Origin: Trichinella spiralis
Lineage: Eukaryota
Reading direction: 5' to 3'
DNA length: 64,000 nucleotides
NCBI RefSeq assembly: GCF_000181795.1
Contig: NW_003526944.1
Location: forward strand, 1,766,585-1,830,584
The notes under the pieces were generated by a model, which saw only the letters and a list, made by a program, of their open reading frames with translations, had not been told where the DNA came from and did not search any database. The position numbers and the translations under genes are program-made. This document shows positions 38,101 through 64,000 of the stretch, piece after piece (position 1 is the stretch's first letter; every line of letters begins with the position of its first letter).

Positions 38101-41100
38101 CGATCCACTCAATAGTTGTTTATTGGCCGAGGGTGTGGATTTTTCGTCCGCTTACATCGCCGCCCATGAAATTGGACACGGTCTTGGTATGCTTCATGAT
38201 GAGCCAACCTGTTCTAGCGATTACATCATGTCCGGTTCACTGGGCGCCGGAAAAGTGCAATGGTCAAGTTGCAGTGTGCAAAGTCTCAACAACTACATCC
38301 GCAAGCTTGAGTAAGCAAGACAGTGAAAAACTTTTTTACAAAACAATAAATACATTGCTCAATTGCTCTCGTTCTAGCTACTACCACCGTAACTGTTTAC
38401 GTGTGAGTTTATTTTCAAGCAATCCCCCGAATGCATCAGCTTTGCTACCGGGACAAAAATACAGCGCTGATGAGCAGTGTCAAATGGTACATGGCCAAAC
38501 TTTCAGGCGGGTAAAAGAAAACAAAATTTAACCTTCAGTTAATTAAAAAAATAGATTGTACTGCTAGATTCGCATCAATGAAAAGGGAGAGGGAATATGC
38601 CATATGCTGTGGTGCGGTCAAAGCAGCTGGGGTCGCGTCATTACCTCTCATCCGGCTCTAGAAGGGACTGCATGTGCCGCAGGAAAATACTGTCGTGGTG
38701 GCAAATGCGTACCTGATCGTTCTAACAATCCTCCTAAAGTATCTGTCTGATTTCATAAATATTTTTCACAAATTATTATTATCTGAATTCTGTTGTATGA
38801 ACAAAATGCAAAAATGTTTCGTGAAATCAAATCAGTTTTGTCGTTCAGGTTGTGGACGGACAATGGTCAAAGTGGACAGCGGTGGAATGTTCCAGCTGTG
38901 AATGTCCACCTATATCCTCAGGATTGGGTGTACTTTCATCAACACGAAGCTGTTCTAATCCACCTCCGGAAAATGGCGGCAATGCTTGTTCAGGAAGCAG
39001 CGATCGTGGTATTGTTTGCAATCGTGCTTGTTCAAATGCTCTGAACGAAATAACACCAAAGTTGTACATGAATCGTATCTGCATTAGTCACAAACATCGC
39101 TTAAATGACGCTTTCCTGACAGGCAAAGGAGCTCAACTAACCCGTTTTAATGCAAGAGCTTGCAAAGTGCAGCATTCAATTTATAGATACATTCACAAAT
39201 TTACAATCCAATTTTTAAAATTTTCATTTTCTTCAGATTTTTTGCGAAGTCAATGGCACTAATGCTGATTCAATTAGCTTTCGATTTTTTGGCGACTCGA
39301 TGCCTGAAGGATCACCATGCGGAGAAGGTCATTACTGCATCAACGGAAAATGTTTGGTATAGTTTGTTTTCGCAAACATTTGTACAATAATTTTACAATA
39401 GTCACAATTAAAGCAGCTCATTTGTGTAAACAAAGCATTATCAATCTTCATTTCAACAAACGTGAATCGAATAATAACTAGAGCTGCTGATAATTTTCCC
39501 AATGCAATAGTGCATAAAAGAAAAAAAATTATTTGAAATTGTAGAAACTGAGCTGCGACGGGAAGGCGTTGGTTGCAAATGAAAACGAATGCCCACTGCG
39601 TATGTCTATTTGCGTATATATGTACAAATAGATTCGTTTTCTTAATCGATATGAAATATTTTCATACTGTGCATGTAGCATCAGAGAGTTGTGGACAAAG
39701 TTCAGTCAAAAAAGAAGCGGATTTGAACGATGACAAAATGACTTATTTGCGTGATTTCCGTCGAAGCAACAATCTTGCCTCAGATGAAAATTCTACTCCA
39801 ACCACGACAGCAGCATACAAATGGTCCAGTTGGAGTGAATGGTCAGAATGCAGCGTCACTTGTGGTAGCGGTACAAAATCGCGAAGCCGAACCTGTTGGC
39901 AAGGTTCGTGCGTGGGCGACAGTGTGCAACGTGAAGCGTGTCGTCTAGCGCCGTGTATTGAAGGCCGAAGTAATGCTCTTGACGAACCCTTTTGGACAAG
40001 CTGGAGCGAATGGACTGCATGTAAGCACTGCTGAATATATTCTGTTAGATTTGGATTCTTAAATTCCACGTGCATTTCATTTCGTTGCTATAATTATTAC
40101 AGGTTCCACCACTTGCGGGCCTGGGGCAAGAGCACGCTATCGTCGATGTGCATTCGGCAAATGTGTCGGTGCCAATGACGAAGTTGAACAATGCATCAAC
40201 GCACCATGCGGTCAGTGGAATGCATGGTCATTTTGGTCTGCATGTTCAGTCAGCTGCGGTCCGGGTACACGCACGAGAACACGTACCTGCGCTGATTCAT
40301 CCTGCGAAGGATCAGATCGAGAAGTTGCCAGATGCAACTTACGTTCTTGTCAACCTGATGGTAAAATTGCTTTCCAATATTTTGATCACGTTCATATTCT
40401 TCATAACAAATTATGAGCATATTTGAAACGACTTTCAGGCGTTTGGAATGGCTGGTCTGAATGGTCCTCATGTTCAGTCAGTTGCGGTATTGGTATTCGA
40501 CAACGAAACCGCGTCTGTACAACCGGAAACTGTAATGGCGAGTCACACATGTCAGAACAATGCCAGCTTCCCCGTTGCGCAGTCTGGGGTGCGTGGGGAC
40601 AGTGGTCCGAGTGTGGTTCGCAGAGTGGAATTAGACAACGGGCTCGACAATGCTACGGGCTTGGCACATGTCTGGGCCCGGACACTGAGTCCAAAGCATG
40701 TGAACCTGGCAACGGGTGGACAGAATGGAGCCCATGGTCTGTGTGTTCCCGTACTTGTGGCAAAGGTTTACGACGTCGACATCGTTCTTGCCTCGGTTCT
40801 GTCCATTCCTGCCCTGGAGATTTCAAAATTTTCGAAGTATGTCACGAAAAAGACTGCCCTAATGTTGATCTGGGTAATGCTAAGACAACACTGCCCACAC
40901 AACCTTCTACCGGTATGTACTTTGTCGGCTACGAATGGAGCCAGTGGAGTTATTGCATGGGACGCTGTGGTACAGGTATGATCTCAATCCAATAAAAATA
41001 CAGAAGAAAAACGAATTCTAATAATTCATTTTTCTCAATTTTTTATTCAAGGCATTCGAAAAAGGATTCGCCTTTGTAAAGGACATCACTGCCGTTCGCC

Positions 41101-41161
41101 TATCGCTACAGAATCTCAGTATTGCCAACTGCTGCCATGCAACACAATATTTCACTCTTGA
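35146..41161 (+). CDS. adt-1: ADAMTS metalloprotease, adt-1-like (signal peptide, prodomain, M12B catalytic domain, disintegrin-like/Cys-rich regions, 8 TSP1 repeats), about 1129 aa
   Basis: 17 phase-compatible exons: 35146-35178, 35506-35644, 36678-36961, 37039-37225, 37308-37528, 37586-37669, 37808-37929, 38035-38310, 38378-38510, 38568-38738, 38849-39166, 39237-39356, 39545-39599, 39679-40020, 40103-40360, 40439-40975, 41052-41161. Signal peptide [21 protein letters not shown], Cys-switch FCGV, zinc motif [12 protein letters not shown] with Met-turn [26 protein letters not shown], and repeated WxxWxxCSxxCGxG. The adt-1 orthology rests on recalled similarity only. Confidence 0.93.
37989..38030. 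repeat. (TAATT)n/(TATTT)n pentanucleotide tract in the polypyrimidine region of ADAMTS intron 7
   Basis: taatttaatttaatttaattttattttattttattttatttt lies directly before ccag|. Confidence 0.8.
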
Positions 41162-42203
41162 TCACTAGCTTTCCTCGTTCTATATTACTATTTATTTACT
41201 TATTTATTTATTTAAACTACTACTGTTTTCTTTTTTTTTACTTAACCGGCGAAACCGTCGCCTATGGCGGGTCAACTTTAGAGATGTGTTCATCGCTGAG
41301 GTTCATGATTTTATTCCTATTCAACAGTCGTGCATCAATCGATGCTAAAAATGTATGAACAACATCTACTGGCGCATTTTCCGAACAATAACGACCACAG
41401 AAAATAATTTCACAGGAAAATTTGCTGAGCTGAATTTTGACTATAGATGATGATCTAGTTGGCCATCAATTTGTTCTAGCGATAATGTGACAACGTCAGA
41501 AAGAAAGACAAAGAAAATTTGATTTCTGTCATACATCTGCATTGTGCACTTGAAATTACTCATTTATTCATATAAATATGTATGAGCAACCTTTATAAAA
41601 GGGAAGAGAAAAATAGTAACTGCCGTGATAATGCTATTTTTAGTAAACTGCATTTCATACTTTAATGAATTAGTATTCTGAATTTGTTCCAACAATACAA
41701 TTTTGATCAATTAAATTTACACACTTCCGCCTGCAAATATTACAAGTTTTTTAGTAATCAATTTTAAAATAAACGGGTCACCATCAATTTTGGGAAATTA
41801 ACAAAAAATCCCATTCACAAAACAGATGCAAGGAAGACTTAATTATATTTATATGCACAAATGAATAATTCCATAATAAATACCGTTAAACAGTATCTTA
41901 TCAAATATAATAATTCGACAAAAAGTAGATAAGGCAACTTCTCAATTTTTAAGGTAATGTAAATTTCGCAAGAAACTTTCAATTAAAGTACTAATTTCCA
42001 TTTGATGATCTGATGGCAAAATTGCTGTTATACAAATTTCTTTGCATATAACTTACTAATTTCGTACGCTTAATGCTATTACGTCTTTTAAAAATGCAAC
42101 CTCTAGTCACTTCAAATTTTTGATAGCCTGTCATTCATTTTTCTAAAGCAATTTTAAACTAAAAAATGTTAACAAATCTAAATTTAACTACAATATAAAA
42201 AGT

Positions 42204-42270
42204 TTCGGCAGCACATGTTTTACAAATGAAACGTTTGAGCACTACTATTCGCATGGCTCCAAGCATTTTT
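42204..42270 (+). pseudogene. Degenerate, truncated U6 snRNA-like sequence
   Basis: TTCGGCAGCACAT (13/13), then GTTTTACAAATGAAACG (11/17 against ATACTAAAATTGGAACG), then ATTCGCATGGCTCC (against ATTAGCATGGCCCC). These blocks are colinear with metazoan U6 at near-correct spacing. The ACAGAGA box is lost and a T5 run follows. Confidence 0.45.
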
Positions 42271-43315
42271 CAGTTTTCTTTTTTTAAAAAAGAAACTACA
42301 ACAACATACTTAAAACAGCAGTAATTGATTTCATAAAATAAGCTAACAAAGTGAAATATTCTTTGAAAGAATGCCTTGCAACAAAACACAAAATGTTTTA
42401 AAAATTCACTAAAACTGTTATTTAAAGTGAATCAATTAATTGATCATATTGCAAATTTAAAAACTTTTTTAATAAAAACTTCCATTTGATTTTCAATGTA
42501 TTCTCTGAAAATCTAATTTCACACGCAATATGAAACCTAATTACTGTCTTGTAAAAATAAAATCGACAAAAATGCCCCCGTTGCCAACTGCCGAAGCTGC
42601 TGCTGCTTGTATATGCTGCTTAACTATATACGCTACAGAAGCACAGAAGAGGTGCATCTTTGAGCTGAACATCGTCAATGTTGAACAAATTCAAGAGCTT
42701 AAATTTGATCAACCGATTAATTACAACTACTACAACTTATTACACCGTATTCTAAAGTGACAATTCACTTGACTGTCACTTCACTTCACCAAATTCGCAA
42801 CAGTTTGCTTGTAAAATAAACAAGTAAAAGACAAATGGCTTTTTTGTTTCTTTCGAAATGTATATATTGACACGTGAAAAAAGAAGATAGATAGATGTAT
42901 ATGCTTGATGTATTTAAGCTGCATTTTTCAGTGTTTGATTGTCAGCTTTAATCAATACATTTTTATCGCACAATGTTCCATTGCTGCCCCTCACTTTTGC
43001 AAAAAATAAAGTGAAAACTGAGACCTCAAACAGAATAAACTGAGCATTGAATGAAAAAGACGAAATTTCTCCCTTTACTTTACAACGATGCAGTTTTGCT
43101 AATTAAGTTTCAATTGAATAACATGCGATGAAAGCCTGTTCGCTAATGCACTCACATCCTGTAATAATTGTTCAATAATGGAGAGTTGAACAAATAAATG
43201 AAAGCATCCGTACAACCGATGAAAGGTAGAAGAAGCTCGACCGTGAAGAAGAAAATTGCTCCAATACAAATTATATCTTAAAAATGTACTTACCGTTGAC
43301 GAGAGAAGAAGCAAT

Positions 43316-43339
43316 TTGTTGTTGTTGTTGTTGTTGTTG
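43316..43339. repeat. (TTG)8 trinucleotide repeat
   Basis: ttgttgttgttgttgttgttgttg; it reads as poly-Q or poly-N on the minus strand. Confidence 0.9.
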
Positions 43340-46300
43340 TAGATAATTTTGTTCGCAATATTGTTGGAGAAGATTTTCTTCATCCACTGCAAATTATTCT
43401 TCTCTGAAGTCTAGAAACAATAGCAAATTCATGCAAAAATTTCCAACATATTTTACGGTAAATCGCAATTTTCATCTGCAGTTATAAATCAATTTCCTTC
43501 AGTCGCGTCAATTCACAAACTCAAGTCAAAATTATTATTCTTCCAATTAATTCATCCATATTTATTTGTTTATTTTCTGGTTCAATTTAACAACCGATTA
43601 AGAATCAACAAAGGAAAATGCACTACTAAATTTTGCCTTAATTACTACGGAACTACAACGCAGATTTCAATTATTATTAACAATTTCATCATCATCATCA
43701 TCTCACGTCACCATCCATCTATATGAATGTTGTTGCAATTGTTAATTTCCATAATTAAACAAACTATTACTGAAATGCGTTTATTATTTTATCGTTGTTG
43801 TCTTGTTTTTTCAATGTGCATTTTATCGTAAATCAATTTGCTTGCATCCGCTGTTTGCTAACAGAACGACGTTTAGAGCAGCGGAAAATTTGCGTGCAAA
43901 ATTACCGTCAGTCAGCTTTTATCATCTCTGCCTCATCTCGTTCGTCAGTGCAAATTCTTTACTTAAACAACACAAGCTACGCTTGAAAATTCTTATTCAA
44001 CTGTTGATAAGTTCTTCAAACAACTTGCGAGCTAATGGTAACTTTCTTGAAAAACAGATTTCAAGAAATACCATCTTCTTCAAATGACAATAAATGCAAT
44101 TCTTAGTTTTACAAAGAAAAAATGTTAATTTTTTCAATATGACCCTGATTAACGACAATATCATTAAATATTTAATTGCATATGTACACAGTCAAGTTTA
44201 GTCAATAATCATAAAACTGACAAAATGATTGCATGCTAACTTATGAAACAAACAATTACAAATGAAATATTTCAGAAAGCAAATGGTTCTTTCGTTTTTT
44301 TTGAATTATGCTATTTGGATGAAACTTAAAAATCTTGCCAGTTTGCAGTGTGTCTTAAACTGAATGTTGTTTCATTAGTCTGGAAGAACCATTAAAACAA
44401 ACATGTGCACTGAATTCTTGGAATTTTATCTCTTCTGAGAATAATTGTTAAATCAATGATAGCCGTTTGAGAAAAGTAAAATTGGCAAAGTAACCAAAAA
44501 AAAAATCAAACTCTTATTTAATGTACTAAATATCTGTTTATCCAGCAGTCAAATTTCATTTATTTATTTATCAAATATATTTAGTATCATTTAAAAAAAC
44601 AAAAATAAAAGAACACGATGATTTCTTATTATTATTGCTGCTTCGGGAAAACTGAAACCAAATTCTGTTGCAATGCATCCATTGAAACTGTTTGCATGAA
44701 AAATAATTCAACAAAATTAATGAACTCTTCTTCTTCTTCTTAATAAAATTATTTAAAATACTTTGAAACAGTGGTGACGTAGAATGATTTGTTTCATTTT
44801 CTCACGTTCATCTAATTCGATAAGAGAGTTGAATATACTTTTAGCAGTTTCAAAGTTTACTGAACTCAATTTCAAAAAATAAAGCACTGAAATATATAGT
44901 AGTAACAGTGTAAAATTATCACGTGTAGCAGTGAATTTTTCCTTGTACCAATATTTTTAAAGCATGCGCAAGCTTATATACCAATTTTGCACTATATTTG
45001 TCCAGTGAATCGCTACATTTTTAGCGTTTTCCAAGGAAAGCTCTCCTCGGTCAACTGGTCTGAACAATTTTAGCATTTCCTCTCTGACAAATATTAGCTT
45101 AACGATAGGAGAAACAAAAACCAAAATACAACAATGTTGAAAAATTGAAAATGTGATAAGAAAAGCAATGAAAGATATCAAAGTCGATTTTTCACTTTCA
45201 AAGCTGATCACAAAATGAAAAAAACTGAAGAAAATAAGAAACCGTACTGGAAGGACATTAAAAATGTAATAAGTGAAGAACAATAAAAACTGATAATAGA
45301 AAAACAAATAAAGAAATTCAATTTTTCAAAAAGTAATAACTTTTCACTTTCAGGAATGCATTCGCGCATGCATAAAATACATTTTTTTAAAGTTCCCATA
45401 GATCATTTTCAAAAATGTTTGCAAATTGGTTGGTCATTAAAAGAAACATTATAGCCAAACTTCAACGTAACATTAATAATATGGAAAGTCTGACAAAGTG
45501 TTGAACAACGTAGAATGGCGTAAAAGTGTTTCAAAAAAAAGGGTAATGTCAAGCACACTTTTGCTGCATCTTTCTTTGACAACCAAATGTTGCAAATAAA
45601 GCAAACAATTTACAAGAACATCAAAGTTGAAATTGTACATGTCTCAAGCAATCTGCAGAAATATATTTCCATTATAATTAATATTAATGGTTTGTAAGGA
45701 AATCTGTCGAAATATATTCATACCAACAAAAATTTTGACACTGATCATATTAATTAAATAACCATTTTCCAAAGCAGAAAAAAAATGTAATTGTTAACAG
45801 ATTTATAATTTGTACATGGTGCAATTTCTCTATATTACATATAGATATTATGGCAAAAGAAATCTTATTGACAAAATTTTGAAACTGAAACTCTTTCTCT
45901 CACTATACGAAATTCATATATATATACAATACTATATACTATGAAACTCTTTTATTTTCTGCTTCAGCAAGTGGATAAGTGTTCAAAAACATCTGTAAAT
46001 TGACTACAGAAATTCCTTTTGCCAATTTGTAATTCATTTCCCTATTTCACTAATCAAAATAACTACTATATTCACGCGTTAATACTCTCGTTCTCTGAAG
46101 ACAACAAGCATATCTTGAATCTCTGCTTCAAGCAATCTGTTCCAATTCTACGCTCGTACAATTCATGTAAAACTGGGCTTTTCAGCTAAAGTATTACAAT
46201 TCTCAGCATGTATTTCTGCATTTCACCTTGTGCTTTATCTACTTTATGCATTTCATGTTGACATTTTCCACAATAATATTTTGAATTTGAACATTCGTGA

Positions 46301-47539
46301 TAACTAAAATGCGTCGTTGAATGCCATTTTGAATCAAAAGTTCACCTCCAAAGTCCTTTACACTACACGCCAGATAAACTAATACAAGAAATAAAATAAC
46401 GCTAAAATAGAAAAGACATCTTCCACAGTCTGCATTGCTATTGCTTTATCACTAGGAATAGTTTTCCTTCTGTCTAATTTAAATATTCTATATTCAAAAG
46501 CTATGCCAAAGCTAGGAAATGTGAACTGATGAAATGCTTGAAATAGTAACATTTTACAAAACGTTTCAAATTCACTTGATCATTCCTAGTATGCCAATAT
46601 GCCTTCACGTGCGTCTTGGTTTCCTGTTAAGCTTGTTATTTAAAAACAGTAAAAAATATTACAAAGTAAACTATCAATAAACAAACACCAATGCCAATAT
46701 ATGCCAAGCAGTGAACGGTAAAAAAAGTAACAAAAAAGAGAAATGAAAAGCAAAAAATAAATCGTACAAACGTTTCAATTTTTTTGTACAAACGTAATCA
46801 ATCACCGAAAAAGCAATGGAGTTAGTCAGTTGGCTAGCCGTTTGCCACGACATGACATTTTCACAAGTGGCCAGCCATTACAGTTTGTTTGTCCAAGCTA
46901 GGGTTAAGTTACGCTCATCAACAACGCTGTTCTCTTATTTTATATTTTCCTGTTACTGCTACACTGTAACTCTTTTTCAAGCTCTGCCTCTGCCTGTAAT
47001 TGCACTCTCAACCACTTTATTCATTGTTTTATTCTCAAATTAAATTAATGTAAAACAGTTTGAATTTGTTTCAAAAATTTTTCATCATTTCATCAAAAAT
47101 CAAACAAATAGATCGCCCACGCTGGATAATTTTCGTAAGCATATAGCATTATATATATAGAGCATAGTATAGTAGTTGATAAAAAGCGTTTCTGCTTTCG
47201 TTCTACCTTATTTTGGCGCCAGCTAGGCCAACATAATGATATATACATGTGTATATATATATGTCAAAACTGCTTTGGAAAACACTAGCGTGCTAGCCTG
47301 GGACAACAGTTGCCATTTGTTGCCAAAAGCTTCAATGCTATTCGTTCACTCTTTCTAGTTCGTTTGTTGGTGCTCACAACTTTATTTTTCATCTTTTCCT
47401 TTTCCTCCTTATAAAAATCAACACAATGCACCTCAGCCTCACGTTTTGCATCTGCCATCACTGATAGCCGAACACTTAACTATTAAAATTACTTTTCCAT
47501 TTGTATGTGTATACTACTAATAAATTAAACACATGCACT

Positions 47540-47650
47540 CCCCCCCCCACACACACACGCGCGCACAAATACAGACACCACATATATGTGTATAATATAT
47601 ATACACGAACACATACACACACACGCACACGCACACACACGTATAATATA
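47540..47650. repeat. C-run plus (CA)n/(CG)n/(TA)n alternating purine-pyrimidine tract upstream of the collagen gene
   Basis: ccccccccc acacacacacgcgcgcac...acacacacacgcacacgcacacacac is visible directly, about 750 nt upstream of the collagen ATG. Confidence 0.8.
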
Positions 47651-48383
47651 TATCAGTTCTAGCATTTAAACGTTAATGATGATTCGTCATCGCGTTGGTT
47701 AATACCGCCCATTTTTTGCCTCTGACGTTGTGCTATTCGCTTTTTCATTCTTTTGCAGCTTTTGCCATTTGACTCATCCAATTCGGACTTGCAATTGTTG
47801 AAAGTAAAAGCAGCAAACCAACGTTTAATGCGCATCAAGCACGAGAAGAAGCAACAACAGCAGCTAATAACTAGCTAGTCGCCAGGCGCGCCACAGCAGC
47901 GCATTAGAGAAAGCTCAAGCTGCGCCTCGGCGTCTGAAGCAGGCATTGTTGTGTCCAACTAACCAACCAGTCTACGTTGCCGGTACTCATTCTTGCACAA
48001 AAGCCGACCAACGGCCGTTGCCGACCAGTCTCAATCACTGCCGTTCGTTTGTTATTACTCTTATTAATTATTAGAAATTATTATTATCATCTCTACACGT
48101 GGTCATTGTTTAAAACAGTAGCCAAGAGCAGGAGAGAAGAGAAGAAATACTGCAAACTGCATAATATTATTATTCTAAGCAGTAGTGGAGAGATCTTTCT
48201 TTTCTTTTCCATTTTTACTTCTGATCAACAAAATCCAAACAATATTTTCGTGACAGAGAGCAAACGCTCTCGTCGGTAATTCAGCTTCCACTATTCCCCA
48301 TCTACCGACTGCCGCCGTCTACTATTATTATTGCTTTTACACTCAATTCTCAGCTTCCATTTGCTCCAAAAAGTCGGAGTAGA

Positions 48384-59982
<11,599 letters not shown>

Positions 59983-62441
59983 GATTTAAAAAGCGTATTA
60001 TACACACCATAGTTGATCATAATCTGTTCATCCCTTTCATCATGCTAATCATCTTTTTTCCTTTTTGCAGTATCAAAAAAAATACAAAAAGACATCAACA
60101 AAATCGACGTGATCATCAAAAAATCAATCAGTGTGCTCTTTTTCTTCTTCTTCTTCTTCTGATATTTGCTGCCAAATTATTTTTCAATTCAGCTACTATA
60201 ACTGCTTCATTCTTTCTTTAAAATTTTTTCCCTTCTTCTCATATTCCCGCTATCGGTGCTGCCGCTGTTCAATTTTCAGCCCTGTCGCCTCTTCTAACGT
60301 TCCTTTTCCAATCGCACAATTCTAATTGTACATTTAAATTCTATGTTTTTCTTTCTTAACCAAAAAATGTTGAGAAGAAAAAAGAAACTGCCGACATGCA
60401 AGCATCCGCTCCGCTGCCAGAACTTTCCCACTCAGAACTAACTGCCTGCCAACGCAAAGATAAATTATTGCTCCTGCAATAATTGCATGCGGACGACTGA
60501 AAACTGCACAAGACAAACAACAGTTCCAAGAAAAAAAATCATCATTCTAATTATCATCCCTAGTCACTGATTATTTCGCTGCCTGTTCAATTTCAGTATT
60601 TCACTAATTGCCCAACAATTAATCAACTTCTCATCCAACCGCTGCCTTGCAATTATATATTTATGGTAAAAAAAAATACATTTTTTAGGGACCCGAACGC
60701 TGCCATCACAGAGAAAAAATCTGTTTGTTTGTTTGTTGAATGTGCTTTACAAAAATTTGTGCTTTTCCATTATTATTATTATTAAGAAGCGCCAGCCCGT
60801 TTGCACATCACTTTCTCTCTGCGCATATTGCAAATTTTGTTACGATTTCAAAATAAAAGCATTGATTAGCAGCATTTTTCGTTGGTCAATTTCTATTCTA
60901 ACTTCATCATTTAGTAGCAGTAGAAATCACTGTCCGATGATGAGATTGCATTGCAAAAAAAAACAAAAAAATAAACTTGTCCGGATAATTAATAATATTT
61001 TCGAAAAGGGTATATACTTCGAGAGCAAGCAGTTCTAGTTGGGTTTACTGCAACGGCAGCAGATGGTAACTGAAATTGCAACATTCGCAGCTCGAGAAAA
61101 ACAATCGACACAGCTATAGTTGATTGGAGAGTTGGCCGACTAGAATGCGAGGACAGAAACTAGTATGCAAAATTTTTGGTCGTTCCGAATTTCGCAGTGG
61201 ACGAAAAAGATATTCGTTGCTTGATGAAAAATCGTTCAACTAATTTGCATACTGCGTTTTAGCATACTTGCATAGTTATCGATGAAGGGGTGAACGAACG
61301 ATGTATGAAGTTGAATATGTTTGTCTCGTTGACTAAACCAATGATCACTGCAATGATTTCTTCTTTTCTGGCACTTACAACGTTATCTATTCTCTTATTC
61401 AAGTGTGTTCATTTATTATATAAATAAAAAGAAAATTTTTTTCCATTCTTCATCTTCTCATAATTTAACAACATAAAAAAACATTGGTGATGAAAAAATA
61501 CGCAAAACAAGCCATTTCTTGTCAGAGATGAAATACAAATATTTCAAGTGATAATGCTTATTAATTTTTTTTCACTGAAAATAACCACGCAAAACTATCA
61601 TTCACCGTACAAATTCGGTTTGGAAAATATGAACTCGAGAAATGGAAATTAGTACAAAATCATTATCACACACCGCGCGAATAACGATATGCAAAAAAAT
61701 GTACAACTTACCAGAAATTTGAAAATACATTTTTTACCACCAAGTGGGTGTTTTTTTTCACATGCTGTTGTTACTTTTTTGAAAAGCGACACCAAAGAAA
61801 AAAGTCAACCAACCAGCTAACAACTCAAATGCATGCACCACCACAATGATCACCGTTGGTCGGGCCGGACGACGTTTCCCAGTCGCCGCCGAACAGCGTG
61901 GAAGTTTTCGCACAAACTGACTGACCGTAAAGAAGTGAAACTTGATTTTCATTTTTTGTCAATTTGTCCTAGTTAAAATTTAAAAAAATATACAGTACGG
62001 TAGAAGTTTTGGCGGCGGTTTGAGAAATTATATAAATTGATCGAATGAGCGTTGTTTGGAAAATGAACAATTTTGTAAATTTATTTAAAAGATTAATTTA
62101 AATAAAAATTGGCATAAAAAAAGAAAAAAATCATTAAAGCAGTGGTTCAATTATTATTATTATTATTTTAGCATTTTATTTTCTTCGATCGAATGTCACT
62201 TTTGTAAGTAAAAAAGGCAAATCATAGCATCAAATATTTTTTAAAAAATTGCTAAATTGTGCAAAGTGAGTAAGTGAAAAGCCTCGAAATGAGAAGAGCT
62301 CAATTGAAAAATACTGTTTTTTTTAGTTTTTCAAACAATATTTATTTACATCAATTATTATCATATTGGCGGTTTTACATCAGTTTCAGTGTACTTTTGT
62401 AGAGAGAGTTCAGATTGTTTGTTCGCTTTTCCTAAAGCCGG

Positions 62442-63570
<1,129 letters not shown>

Positions 63571-64000
63571 CTGAAATTTGAATTTCGAAAAATACAGTTA
63601 CAAAGCGAATTCATGCAAAATTTAAATTACGAAAAAATTGCACTTGTTTTTTCATGTCAATTAAAAAATATGTCACATTTTATGATAGAAATGTTTCTTT
63701 TGATATGCATCTGCACGATAAATATCTGAAAAATTAAAATTAAGGAAAAACGATTTTGGAGATTATGTTCGACAGGATGATGAATTTTTGATAATTGTGA
63801 AAAAATCACTGAGACAGAGGAAAAAATGGAGAACCGAAAGGATAATTGAAGAATGAAATTGGACGTCGGTTGGGACTGATCGAATAGCAGCAACACAACA
63901 GCACATGCATATGTCTTCTCGCTTTCTGCTTGCTATCGAATTGCAACCGTGGAATTTTATCCTTCCAATTGAAAGCAACATTGCTGTTGTTGTTGTTGTT

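Noticed and set aside
44957..46420. Hydrophobic minus-strand ORFs (44957-45399) and short open segments near 46070-46400
   Set aside because: They could not be chained into a consistent spliced model, and T-rich sequence gives Phe/Leu/Ile-rich ORFs by chance.
61020..61340. Imperfect inverted repeat (agtatgcaaa...tttgcatact, about 61162-61252) as a pre-miRNA, and minus-strand exon-like segments
   Set aside because: Only 10 bp pair cleanly and the loop is too long. The exon-like pieces have no in-frame start.

Overview
AT-rich eukaryotic DNA with short (about 50-100 nt) spliceosomal introns. It is almost certainly from a nematode, because the collagen IV and ADAMTS resemble C. elegans let-2 and adt-1. 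A Trichinella-like clade I species is my guess, not something the sequence proves. Positions 1-15164 are three small gap-separated contigs that repeat about 19165-33620 of the large contig starting at 15175. They look like an uncollapsed second haplotype with low-quality read tails. The non-redundant genes, with exons traced by hand, are a FAF2/UBXD8 ortholog (-), a divergent Q50 paired-like (Arx-like) homeobox gene (-), tRNA-Arg(UCU) (+), an adt-1-like ADAMTS with 8 TSP1 repeats (+), a let-2-like collagen IV alpha2 chain (+, 33 coding exons, about 1772 aa) and the 3' part of a TASK/sup-9-like two-pore K+ channel (-). I found no CRISPR array, no clear transposon and no convincing new multi-gene system. 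The best leads are: a single chimeric exon where C. elegans and Ascaris let-2 have mutually exclusive exons 9/10, two GC-AG introns, an ARX-like 46-nt homeobox exon with a distant poly-Ala first exon, and a degenerate U6-like sequence. Comparisons to known proteins and RNAs are from memory; no searches were run.
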